In this document: positions 1-11,162 of the stretch, piece by piece | Position numbering within the stretch: position 1 is the stretch's first letter | How the letters are laid out: every line of letters begins with the position of its first letter | Source: Anthoceros angustus | Lineage: Eukaryota > Plantae > Anthocerotophyta | DNA: 64,000 bases | Direction: 5' to 3' | Assembly: GCA_010909165.1 (NCBI GenBank) | Contig: VJWM01000118.1 | Coordinates: forward strand, 62,001 to 126,000 | Notes under the pieces: generated by a model | The model's database searches: none | Seen by the model: only the letters and a program-made list of their open reading frames with translations | What the model was told of the DNA's origin: nothing | Made by a program: the position numbers and the translations under genes

Positions 1-1775
1 CCGCGTCATCTGTACAGTGAATATTGCTGAGTGCTCGAGGTTTTGAGTCCCGTGAACACAACCTGTAGCAAGAACTGAGCTCCTTTAGCAAACACTAATC
101 ACGGAGCTCAATCAGGGCATAAACTGGGACTGTCTGACATGGATTCAGGAGCAAGTACAAATAGATCAACAGCGCGCCATCCGTTTATCACCTCCTGCAG
201 CTGTAGGATGCTGGACTTTTGGAAGATGTCTTGAGCCTGCAACGCTTTCGGCACCGCTTTCGGTAAAGCTCATCTCGGCGTTGGGACTTGCTGTAGCTCT
301 GAAATTATAGTGCCTGTGGCTGTGATGATACCCATACAGTTGGTTCAGGAGCAGGGGTCAGTTCAACTAGACACAGCTATCCTGCTCAACATCCTTAACT
401 GAAATAGAAATACCTGCTGCTGAGTGACATTTGAGCCCTGTGGCTTCGGTTGGAAGAGCCCAACAGCAAGACTTTCTGTAGTCTGCCTTTTCCTTTTCTG
501 GAAGCCTTGTGTTTCAGCAAATGTTGACGTGCACAACGAGGAGCAACCTTGGTGCTGATTAAGAGACTGGGAGCCCTCAAAGGAGTCCACGTCCTTTTCC
601 ACCGGGGCATGTGCTCCTTCCTGGCCGATCCCCTGTTCCCTGAGAGCCTGGAAACCCCAAACATAGAAACACAAGTCTGTTTTTGTGAGTGTCAGTAAAC
701 AATTTCTACTCCTCCTAGCCAGTAAGAACTTGAAATCCTCTGCCCCTGGGAATTAGATCTACATTACAGAAGAAAGCCTAGCCCCAACACTCATCATAAT
801 TCATGTTCGACAAGACACATTACCATCTGCTCCAGCTTCATCACAATCTTCTGCATTACTAAAACGTCCTGCAACTGCACAGAAAGAAGATGTCATGAAG
901 ATCCACCATTTCACCCTCGTCCCTCGTTCTTTGTGAAGTGAGCAGAAACCTTCAACGCCGTCAGAACCGAGATCTGCAGATGCTCCTCCAATCTCTTCTT
1001 CTCCACATTCGACTGATGAAGTTCCCTTTCCGCCTCATTAAGCTGCAGCCAACACAAAGCATGACTAAATCCCAAGCTCAATGCACACACACGCCACCCC
1101 TTCCATCATAACACCAAACCACACACTCCCTTACCCGAACCCTACACAAAAAAAGCTCTTTCTCCACGGACTTGAGCTGGTCCAGAAGAGAGTGGCCATT
1201 TTCCACACCCTTGAGCCCGAGCTCCACAGCATCCCTAATACCCATCAAGCTGGAAGGCAACTCAACGCCCCGCTCTCCTTCCACACCGCCAGCTACACCC
1301 TCACTCCTGCCTTCAAGCTGCCTCAACCCCCCGCTACTCTCCAGCTTTCCTAGCAGCAAGTTGCAGTGAGCGATGGTGGTGTAGATCTCCTTGTTAGCCG
1401 CGTTCTGCACATCTCTCACGTACATCGCACTCTGTAGGCACCACACACACCAGTGTAAGCCCCCCGCACCCGCTCCCGCATCCAACATAAGACACCCGTG
1501 CCGCACACTCTCCTTACCCGATCAACAACCTCCCGCAGCTGCGCTTCCGCCATGCTCAAGAGCTGCTTCAAGCTGGAAAGTTCGGCATTGGCTATGGCCA
1601 GCTCCGCCTCCACCTGCTCCAGCCTCGCTTTGGTCGGGCTCCCGGTATCCTCCGCACTCGGCGCCAGCATCCTGTCAGAGAAGCCCCCATCGCCCTTGCA
1701 CGCAACCCCATCCTCCTCAAAGCGCCAAACTTCCTCCTCCGACGTTGTCACAAACGTCTCTGTTGATGTTTCCAT
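1..1775 (-). CDS. Multi-exon unknown coiled-coil protein; 3' part uncertain and probably running off the window edge
   Basis: ATG at 1775 (METSTETFV...). Phase-consistent GT-AG exons at 1775-1518, 1431-1135, about 1042-952, about 867-823 and about 647-414 join into heptad-rich sequence (RLEQVEAELAIANAELSSLKQLL; LNEAERELHQSNVEKKRLEEHL). Telo-box-like TAGGGTTT near 1990. No family recognised. Confidence 0.5.
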
Positions 1776-2193
1776 CCTCAAACCGCCACCAACATGGAGG
1801 TCTCCTCAACAGAGAGTGTCGAGCCTGTGCTGACGAACAAAATGGGAGCTTTGCCTCCCACGCTACCCACTGGGAGGACGCGCTTTTGAATTTGTACCCG
1901 CCCGCCCACTTCTGTGTAACGGGACAAACGGAGTGTAACGATCGCGTTTTTTGAAAAAACTCTCTCTACTCTTTTATTGTTCCCGCAATTAGGGTTTACC
2001 ACGTCCATCTTCTAGAGAACGTTTCTCCGGGCGCCAAGAGAACGTGCTCTCAGACTCTTGGCCCAGGAAGTCTGCTGAGCCAGAACATGGAGAAAGTAGG
2101 TTGCCGCTGGTTACTTGAGCTCTACATTGTGCTGATGCAGCAGGAAAAACAGACGAGGTGAAAGAAAACTCAGAGCCGTCCCCGCAGCCAGAC

Positions 2194-3069
2194 TCAATGA
2201 TGCGCTGTGTTGAGGGCCGAGTGGAGGGCCTCCTCAAGATACTTCTCTGCTTCCTCATATTCACGCCTTTTGTCTTCAATAGCGAGCTCAGCGAGCGCTT
2301 TGTCAGGGGGCAGATCCTGGTAACTCCGTAATGTGTCAAGAAGAGGCTTCATCTTTCTTTCAAGCTCGTCATGGTGTTCCACCAGCCTCGTGAGCACGCC
2401 GTGCCTGATGTCCGGAGTGTAACCGACACGGCTCAACATGGCTTTGTAGTTAGCCAGCTGCTGCAGATACTGCCGCTCCTTGGAAGCCATCATTTTGAGG
2501 TTGATCTGCCACTGAGACATGGAAGCCTCCCTGGTGGAAGCCTCCTCTTCAAGCTGCGCCAGCGTTCTCCTCAAATATGTCAACCGAGCAATGGCCTTAC
2601 GGGTGTTGTCGAGCAGCATCCGGGAATCGCTCTGAGCTCTCGCGCGCTTCTGCTCGACGTCGATCCGCTTGAGCGAGAGGTCAGCCATGGCCAGCAGAAA
2701 GCTGCTCACCTCCGTGTCCTTGAGATCCAGAGCATCCGCAAGCCGTCCTATGGAATGCGCAAAGCCCAGACCTAATTGCGACAAGCTATCTTGAGACAGC
2801 CCTGCGGATTCCAGCACTTCCAGCACCCTGGCCACTTCGCTGCGATACTCGCCTGCCCGCTGGCGAGCATCGGCGGCGACTGTGGCAGCTACCTGAGTGC
2901 GTCTTTGAGAAGTCTTAGCCAGATGCTGCAGGTGCGCGATGGAACGAGGGGTGTACTCAAAGTCTGGCACATTCTTCCCAGCTGCGTCGAACACTGTCCT
3001 TAGCCAAGATTTGAGGTCCGCCACATGGGCCGGATCAAAGCTCGCTTCAGCGTCTACTGCTCCTGCCAT
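2194..3069 (-). CDS. AUG1: Augmin/HAUS complex subunit 1, intronless, 291 aa
   Basis: The ORF from ATG 3069 (MAGAVDAEASFDPAHV...) resembles plant AUG1 along its length: VPDFEYTPRSIAHL, ELSSFL-like EVSSFLLAM, TRKAIARLTYL, KPLLDTLRSYQDLPPDKALAELAIEDK. Confidence 0.93.
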   Translation of the reverse strand: MAGAVDAEASFDPAHVADLKSWLRTVFDAAGKNVPDFEYTPRSIAHLQHLAKTSQRRTQVAATVAADARQRAGEYRSEVARVLEVLESAGLSQDSLSQLGLGFAHSIGRLADALDLKDTEVSSFLLAMADLSLKRIDVEQKRARAQSDSRMLLDNTRKAIARLTYLRRTLAQLEEEASTREASMSQWQINLKMMASKERQYLQQLANYKAMLSRVGYTPDIRHGVLTRLVEHHDELERKMKPLLDTLRSYQDLPPDKALAELAIEDKRREYEEAEKYLEEALHSALNTAHH

Positions 3070-3281
3070 CTCCTTTGCTTCAAAACGCACTCATGGATCG
3101 GCAGCTGCAGTGCCAACCCGCCTTCAGATGGATCTGGTTAGGGCAAATTGTGTGAGTAGAGGACGAGTCGATGTGAGCGACGAACAGACAGACCTGCCTG
3201 CATATCCGAGACCCGAAGGCCAAGAGTACGGCCCCTAATAATAGAACGAACGTCCTACGGGTTTTGGATTGGACATCCAAT

Positions 3282-3336
3282 ATGTATGTATGTATGTATA
3301 TCTATATATATATATATATACATGTATATATGTATA
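3282..3336. repeat. (TATG)n/(TA)n microsatellite
   Basis: tatgtatgtatgtatgtata tctatatatatatatatata catgtatatatgtata, read directly. Confidence 0.9.
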
Positions 3337-3442
3337 TCCCAATTCATGTATAAACATGCCTCATCCTCTATCCCTATGCCCAATCACGCGCTTGCACCAC
3401 TTCTCAGCTCACCGGGCACCGTGGGCAGACGAGCCATTAGCA

Positions 3443-3613
3443 GCTTGAAAACTTAGATTATGGTGAATACAAATTCGGAACCTATGTTACTTGAAAACTT
3501 AGATAATGGTGAATACAAATTCGTAACCTATGCTGCTTGAAAACTTGGATAATGGTGAATACAAATTCATAACCTATGCTGCTTGAACTTAGATAATGGT
3601 GACTACAAATTCA
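3443..3613. repeat. 46-bp minisatellite, about 3.7 copies
   Basis: Unit gcttgaaaacttagataatggtgaatacaaattcgtaacctatgct starts at about 3443, 3489, 3535 and 3581. Confidence 0.9.
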
Positions 3614-4968
3614 AAGATTGTATTGTGTTGTCAATGTTTGATCAATTTGAACGTGTTGTTTAACACCGAAAACTTAACTAGATTGGTGTGTGCATATTTA
3701 CTCAAGACAACTTTCTTAGTAGACCGTTCGTTTCTCCCTTTATTAGTAGACTGTTCGTTTCTCCTCAAGTACCATAGAGCGGAGGAAATGGACTTCTGCA
3801 TAATCCTTTAGTTCTGTATGTACGTCAATTTCACTTTGCCTAGATACTAACTCTCCCCTCATACTCAAGATACTTTGGAGGTGGGAAGAATCCTAGACTT
3901 TCTTTTTAGCGGGACTAGGCCCTAACACATACAATGATGTCCGGTGGGCTGCCACTGTAGGCATGGGCTAGGGCCCCTTGCCTCTGTCCACCGGATTCGA
4001 TGCCAGGCGGGCCCCTACGACCTCAACTCTAGGTGGGTGGGGCGCGGTGGCGAGGCCCGAGTCCGTCGCGGGCTCATCCGGGCGTGCCGACCCTACCGTG
4101 TTCCGCAAGGCATAGCTTCGGGGGTCGGTGGGCCCTCGGCGTACCGGCGACCATGGCGAGACCTGGTTGGCGGGCAGGGTCGATGGTGGAACCCAATTGC
4201 AACGGGGATGGGCTAAGTTGGCCGGATGCACACTGATGGGGCTTCGGGCCGAGCGGGTACGATGCCGTGGATTTTTTGGCGAGCCTCGGGTATTAAGGGT
4301 TTTTGCAAGGGGGAGCACGTGTAGGCGCTGCTGCTGTGGGTTGTCGGGGGTTCCGACGGGTTGTGGCCCCTCTAGGCACGGGCCTTTGGCCAGCCTATTG
4401 GGCCTCGCCATACGGAGTGCACATTCCGTATGTCCGGTATCTTCCCGGTCGTGGAGCTGTAGAGAGGGGCAGAGCAAAAGTCGTACAATTCAAAGAGAAG
4501 GGGTCCTATAAAACATTATCATATGTGTCCGGGGGGATGGTGTTTTTCGAGGCTGGATGGAGAGCTCGGAGGGTCGAAATGGTTTCCTCCAAAGCAGGGG
4601 CCAAAGGGAGGGGGCAAAGAGCCTTGGTGGCACGGGCATATTTACCCGCTTAGCTTAGCAACTTGGAGCATGCACTGTTTGCTGCATTTCCTAGTGTTTG
4701 CTTTATCCGTTGTGCAGATTCCACACGAGCCTTGGAAGCATGCAAAGCCTCTTCTTGGAGAGATCCCCAATTGCTAGCCTGAAAACGTCGAAGACAGCTT
4801 GCGACCTCCCGATGGCCAAAGCCCCCACCCCTAGAACAACACAAACACCACCGAAGGAGAAGCAGGAGAAGACTCTACCGGACATATGGAGAATCCGGTA
4901 TCTTCCCGGTAAGCAGGAGAAGACTCTTGCTGGAGGTATCTTCCCCGGCAGCATTTTTGTGCAGCTAG

Positions 4969-7678
4969 TGTAACATATGGTAAAAAGGGTAGAGTAAATA
5001 GTAGAAATAAAAGAATAGAATGACAAAACTAGGCAAGTACAAATAAGATAAGCTTGCGTAGGCCACGATGGCACATCAAGCGCTTGCAGCTACCCACATC
5101 ATCTCAGTAAACAGCAGCACAGGAACAGCAGGATTTCTAGTCCCTACAATGCTGATCCTGATGCCCGTGCTCTTGAACTATTGCATTTGGTATTAGAGCC
5201 AGGTTAGCTGGTTGGCTGCCGGTTGTTAGGGACTGTGGAGATCGTAGCCGACCTTGGGTCGCCTACTGTCCATAAGCCACTGGGTGGGTGGCATGTAGTA
5301 CGGCGGGAATGCATGGGCAAACCACATCTGGAATTCCAGAGAGGTGTCCTCAATAGATAAGGAGATCAGTGTGGGTAGACGGGTATCAAGCTGTGAAAGT
5401 CTTTGGAGGGAACCCGTCTGCTTAGGGAGTATAACAGACCTTTGCTGCCAGTAGATAGTTCCCGACATGTCTGGTTGATAGAAGAAGCGTTGTCAGAATC
5501 ACTGCCTTCCCAAGAAAGCATTACGTGTGTTATAGCCGCCTTAATTCAGTATCGTCAAACTAGGATATTGTGGGTCGGCTTGCTAATAGACATCTTGTAT
5601 GAACGGTCTCAATCTTAGAACCTGTTGTGGAATGTGGCCCATATCGCTGCCTGGGGACTAGCCACTGTTGAGCTCGAAAAGTTTTTTGGTTTTGCGACTA
5701 GAGGTGTTGAACGCTGGTTTGCAGCAAGGGGGATGTGGGAAACACCCCTGATTGTGCAAATGTATGTGGCCCATGGCTGTAAAGAGTGGTTGTTCGCAAC
5801 CGAGTGGAGACATCGTGACTCCTACTCTACATCGGAAAATCAGCTCACGTGGAGGATCCGCACGGTGGTGTCGGGACAAATTCGGGGCAAACAGCGGGCT
5901 GAGAGAGACATGAGCAGAAAATTTGTTAAGGGCTTTGCACATATCGCAACCCCTTTGATAGGGTAAGGGGTAGTTATTCTTTTTGGTAATGTTGTTCAGC
6001 CCTCTATAGTCTATGATTGTACCTTTGTGATCATCCTAGGTACCTTCCAGTTTTTTATTGCTTGGATCTCAAGTGGTGGGATCAGCCTTGATCTCTTCTG
6101 TTCCTATGATATGTCCTAAGTATTCTACCTGTGGGACCAAGAATTTACACTTATGTTGTTTTGCAAACAGTTATGCCTTTTGAGCCGGCCAGTACCTCCT
6201 CTAGTAGCTGTAAGTGAGTATTAGCCTCATCCTTACTGTATATGAGGATATCGTCCATATAAATAAGCACCCCTTTTTCTAATAAGCTCTGAAGATATGA
6301 TTCATCAGTCTCTGAAATGTCGCAATTGCATTACACATACCAAATGGCATCACCAGCCATTCATAGTGACCATACCGAGAGTTGAAGGCTGTCTTTTCTA
6401 CGTCTTCCGGTACGATTCTGATTTGGTGATATCCACCTGCTAGGTCCAGTTTGGAGAATACTTTAGCTCCAGCTAGTCGCTCTAGCATCTCGTCTATACA
6501 AAGGAAACAAACGATGGGTATGGTGAAAGCCACAACAACGAGCATTTCAAGAGATACAAACAACACTTACAAGGGCACCAGTCCTTATTCATCCAGACCC
6601 AAACGAATCATTTGTTGTGACAACAGATGCATCAGATAAAGCGATGGGAGCTATGTTCCAACAAGATCAAGGCAAAGGTCTACAGCCGGTAGCCTTTTTC
6701 AGTAGAAAATTCAAAAAGGCTGAGTCAATTACTTCACTTAAGAAAAGGAGGCATTGGCTCAGGTACTGGCCTTTTACCAATGAAGATGCTTTCTAGAAGG
6801 AAACAAGTTCACGTTGGAAACGGACTATAGCCCACTCAGACACCTCCAGACACATACCCATCTGTCCAGAAAACAAGCAAGATGGTTGGAATTCTTCCAA
6901 CAATTCAATTTTGATGTCAGGTACAAAGCGGGAAAAACACACCAGGTAGCAGATGCACTCAGCCGTTCCCTATCATGTACTGTCATGGAGTCAGAAGTCA
7001 ATTACAATGATCCATGGATACAAGAGATGCAAAATAGGCAGAAGCAGCAAATAGATGCTCATCGAAGACCCCAAGAATGCCAAGTCGACCAATGGGTCCT
7101 ATTATCAACAAGAAATATCCCCATTCCAGCAGGATCAAGCAAACTTCTACCTACATGGCTAGGACCTTTTCGAGTCTCAGCGCGCATAGGGTTGGTGGCG
7201 TATCTGCTTTGCCTCCCTGACACTTGGCAGATACACGATGTTTTTCATACCTCCCAGCTCAAACCCTATCATGGACAACCACCAAACTCCCCAACCTCCG
7301 TGATTATCTAGGACACTCGGGAATTTGAAGTGGAACAGATTATCAGACATTGTCGAGTCCACAACCACCTTCAATTCCTTGTACTTTGGAAAGGGTTCCC
7401 CCTTTCTGAAGCCATATGGGAGCCTTTAACTCACCTCACACATTGTCGGACCATCCTCCAAGCATATGCCAACCACCACCACCTTGCCATTGTCTTTGAG
7501 GACGAATACTCCCCTCTCCCAGAACTATTGCAACATATGGTAAAAAGGGTAGAGTAAATAGTATAAATAAAAGAATAGAATGACAAAACTAGGTAGGTAC
7601 AAATAAGATAAGCTTGCGCAGGCCACAGTGGCACATCAAGCGCATGCAGCTAGCCATATCATCTCAGTAAACAGCAGT
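4969..7678 (+). mobile_element. Degenerate, internally deleted and rearranged Ty3/gypsy chromovirus LTR retrotransposon
   Basis: The 5' LTR runs TGTAAC..TTGCA (4969-5185) and is followed by the tRNA-iMet-type PBS TGGTATTAGAGCC (5188-5200). A truncated 3' LTR copy lies at 7529-7678. RNase H motifs (TDAS, ETDYSPL, ARWLEFFQQFNF, VADALSR), the integrase C-terminus (WQIHDVFHTSQLKPY) and a chromodomain (EVEQII...FLVLWKGF..SEAIWEP) are on +. RT motifs ([33 protein letters not shown]) are on -. Many stops and frameshifts. Confidence 0.9.
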
Positions 7679-7857
7679 CTGCATGTGTAACTGCTGTTTA
7701 CGGGAAAAAATACTCTAGTGCGATGCGATTTCGTCTGGCCTCCTCCAGGTTGTGACTTCTTCCCTCCTTTCGTGCGACAAATGTCATGTTCACCATAGCT
7801 CGCGAAAGTGGCTACATGGCCTAGAGGGAGCAGGGTTATACTCTTCGTACAGGTCAG

Positions 7858-8230
7858 TCAATCAGGGGTGACTTGTACCTCGTTCACCTGCGTTGCTGCT
7901 TTGTGGATGATCGCCGTAGAGAGGGCACGTTGAAGAGCAATTGAGACCCGCTGTAACGCCGTGAAGTAGGAAAGAGATAGCCCCGCACCGTGCCCGTGGG
8001 CATGATAAGCCTTGGTGCAAGACTTGAGAAATGTATCAAAGTCCTTAGCCAATGCCCCAAACGTTTCAAGGACGAGCGGAATGAATTGGTGACCTACTTG
8101 CATCCCACTATATTTCTTGACTTTGAGAGCTATCACTCCAGCAGCAACCCAACCTGGACAGTTAATGATCACCTGAGTAGTGATGGTGTCACGTATAGGG
8201 TCAATAACCACCACATCCTCCACCGAAACC
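7858..8230 (-). mobile_element. Fragment of a non-LTR retrotransposon: restriction-like endonuclease (RLE) domain, CRE/R2-group type
   Basis: AA...KVKKY...FIPLVLETFGAL...FL...QRVSIALQR is the characteristic C-terminal RLE signature of early-branching LINEs. Confidence 0.75.
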
Positions 8231-8404
8231 TAGTTGCCACGGACTGGGAGGGAACTTAGTTGCTCCCTTTCACCTCGACCCTCGGGGTCTCCCTTGGTTG
8301 TCCTCTATAAGATGGACTTTGCCATCAAATTTTTCCCCTCAATAAAATCTTTCTATGAATATATGTGTACACCTATACATATTTAAGATATAATATATCG
8401 TATA

Positions 8405-10164
8405 CCCCGAGGGGTGATTTGGCGTTAATTAATTAATTAATTAATGAAATTGGAAAATCTAGAAATTACTATACTTATAATGCCGAATGTGTAAAAATTT
8501 ACGAGTTTAAGATGCCGAAAACACGGAAAAGGTAAGGAGCGGGCTGGTGGGTTTGGGAGATCGAGTAGGCTTGATCGAGATCAGGAGTGCTCGAGAACGC
8601 ATGGATCCCGATCTCGACAGCCTCACTGTAGGCACTGCTGATGCCACGAGCCCATCCACATGCTCAAGAGGCAAATGAGGCCGCAGGATGCAATGAGGTC
8701 AGCAGGATGCGGTGAGGTCGCAAGAGGTGGCAGCTGAGGTCGCAAGAGGTAGCAATGAGGTCAGCAGGATGCGCAGCAGGTCAGCAGGATGCGAATGAGG
8801 TCAGCAGGATGCGCAATGAGGTCACAGGATGCAATGAGGCAAATGAGGTCAGGATGCAATGAGGCCGCAGTGAGGCCGCAGGATGCAATGAGGTCAGGAT
8901 GCAATGAGGCCGCAGCAGTGCCTAAGGCGTAGGCAAATGAGGCAAGAATAACCGGTAACAGTGGTATGCGCTACTAAAGCTACAACATCCGTGGGTCGCT
9001 AAAGGCAACAACAGAGAGGCTTAGCTACGCCTCGGGAGGCGTGAGGCTACAGTGTGAGGCAAATGAGGCCGCAGGATGCGCAATGAGGTCAGCAGGATGC
9101 AGCCTGAGGCAAGATAGGCACTGCAGCCTCAAGAGGCAAGATAGCCGCCCGCAGCCTGAGGCCGCAGGATGCAGCATGAGGCCGCAGGATGCAATGAGGC
9201 CGCAGCCTGAGGTCAAGCTAGCCACTCACCTTTTCTCATTACCAAAACCAGGGCTTGTTTGAACTCGGAAACTAGGGCTTGAGTGGAAAATTAGAGCTTT
9301 GTTTAGGGGAGGTGTATACATATCTATTAGGTAGTTCTATATAGATACTATTAGGAGGAAGATTAGATTGTGCTTTTGTCAAGAGAGAGCCAGCATGAGT
9401 CCTGTGGATATGAGAGCGGGCATCCAAGAGCTTTAGGGGCCAGCTATGGGAAAACGTGAGCGGCCACAACTTACAAGACTATCACTACAGCTAAAGCGCA
9501 GGAAAAGATGCCTTGGACATCCTATAAAATTGTATTCCGTTTTCCTGCTCAATGCCAAGTACAACAAGAACAGGCCAAGAGCCTGTATCCCTGTGCCCAT
9601 GCTCAAGAGGATCTTTTCCCCTACTGATGATGGAGCCACGCTCTCTTAAACATCCGCACTGTGACCTTGATTGCTTGTGCAGAAACGCACAAGGACACGA
9701 AGGATTGAGGAGGCATCTAACCATTTGTGTGTATTTGATGAGTGAACCTTTGGTACTATGACTTGCAGTAGACAGGTCGTCATGCAGTGACCTTACCCTA
9801 TCATCCTTGATGTATGTGTGTGCCTGCTTGATCAAGTTCATTGCAGCCAGTTCGTCGGTCAGCTTCAACTCGCCATATGCCTATAGTATGAAGGGTGACC
9901 CCGTCAATATTTGGCACAATCCTGTCAGGAGCAAGAATACGGTCTAGTAACCATACTTTCCCATGCATGTGCCCGTAGGTCTAGATACATAGTTGATGCT
10001 TAAAGTCAGATATATACCTTCACAATGCCTATATATTCTAATAAATATTAAAATTTGATAAAATTGATTTTCATAAATTTTGAAAATTTTGAAAATATAA
10101 ATGAACCTTATTTTTTTCAGAAAATAATTATTTCAGCATTACCCTGTTGAACCATCCCTCGGGG
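8405..10164. mobile_element. Putative non-autonomous or decayed DNA transposon
   Basis: Imperfect 14-bp inverted ends (CCCCGAGGGGTGAT at 8405; ACCATCCCTCGGGG ending at 10164), AT-rich subterminal tracts, an internal repeat array, and a broken minus-strand ORF (9491-9868) containing FYRMSKASF, reminiscent of the PIF/Harbinger FRMSK motif. No clear target-site duplication (TSD). Confidence 0.4.
8667..9215. repeat. Degenerate short tandem array built from (GCA)GGATGCAATGAGG(TCA/CC) modules
   Basis: More than 20 recurrences of TGAGG and GCAGGATGC modules with variable spacing, in two blocks (about 8667-8945 and 9040-9215). Confidence 0.85.
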
Positions 10165-10613
10165 AACGGTATATGCAAAACGTACGGACAACACCATATT
10201 CTTGCGTACTCGAAACCCAGCGCCTTCCCGCGTGGAGAAAACTGAAAGGCGGTCTTCGTTTCTAAACGTTGTGCATCCGCGTTACATGTGTCAAATCTAG
10301 GTCAAGCAAGCTCATAGATCAGTTCCAGTCTCCTTCCGTGTTCCTTCGCGGGTTACCGGCCAAAACAAAGCTGACAACTCACTTCCGAGGCAAACTTGTA
10401 GGTAATGCCCAAGTAGCCCACGGGTTTGTGGGGGGGTGGTGCGGGAGGGGAGCAACTTACGCCGTGTGTGTGGAAAGGAGCGCGGATTCCCCCTGGCCGC
10501 CTCCGCGCGGGGATCTCAGCGTTGTTGTTTGGAATTTTGGTTTTTCTTCTACTCCGCCATGCTTCCGGCGCCAGCTTCTTGTTCATCGCCCGCATCTGGC
10601 TTAAAGTAGGGAA

Positions 10614-10680
10614 CACAGCTCCTTCTTCAGCTCCTTTCTTGAGCTCCCTTCTCCAGCTCCTTTCTTCAGCTCCTTGTTCA
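10614..10680. repeat. 12-13-bp tandem repeat (CAGCTCCTTTCTT), about 5 copies
   Basis: cagctccttcttcagctcctttcttgagctcccttctccagctcctttcttcagctccttg, read directly. Confidence 0.8.
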
Positions 10681-10762
10681 CTACAGTTGCAGCTCGATAC
10701 CAGCTGCCTCGCAAACTATAGTGTGGGAAGCCACCTCGGGGCCACTATATATGTGTGTATGG

Positions 10763-11029
10763 CTCTCACATCTCCTTGGCCTCGATTCACTCAATGTGCC
10801 CTAACCAGGTTCATCTTTAGGCGGGCTGACGAAGCAGCTGCCGATCTATGAGTGGTGTTTTGCATCAAAGAAGATGGCAGCAGCAGTTGATGCTGAATTT
10901 AGCTTTGATCCAGCCCATGTGGCGGACCTGAAATCTTGGCTGAGAACAGTGTTCGAGGCAGCTGGGACGAACGTGCAAGACTTTGAGTACACCTCTCGTT
11001 CCTTGGCGCATCTGCGTCATCTGGCCTGA
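10763..11029 (+). pseudogene. Inverted, truncated duplicate of the AUG1 5' flank and first 51 codons (uORF 10874-11029)
   Basis: Aligns to the reverse complement of about 2915-3180. Encodes MAAAVDAEFSFDPAHVADLKSWLRTVFEAAGTNVQDFEYTSRSLAHLRHLA*, versus AUG1 MAGAVDAEASFDPAHVADLKSWLRTVFDAAGKNVPDFEYTPRSIAHLQHLA. Confidence 0.9.
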
Positions 11030-11162
11030 GCTATCTCGGTGGACTTAGCGAGATTGCTCATAGGGCTTGGAGTTGGTGGATTGGATTTTACTGTCAGTTG
11101 ACAGCTTGTTACAGTCACTTTTGTCCAGGGATGCACTGGGTTGAAGTGGAAGGCCATACAGG

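Noticed and set aside
3443-3613. Regularly spaced repeats here (also 22669-22860 and 43110-43350) considered as CRISPR arrays
   Set aside because: The units are contiguous tandem copies without unique spacers, there are no cas genes, and the context is eukaryotic.
3944-4960. Several overlapping ORFs in a GC-rich tract with short direct and inverted repeats (TCCGGTATCTTCCCGGT)
   Set aside because: No recognisable protein motif. Probably non-coding TE sequence, but I could not define ends or a family.
7771-7788. CGTGCGACA-AA-TGTCATG resembles the end and start of the 39.5-kb solo LTR joined together
   Set aside because: Only 9 + 7 bp match and the flanks do not extend, so it is compatible with chance.
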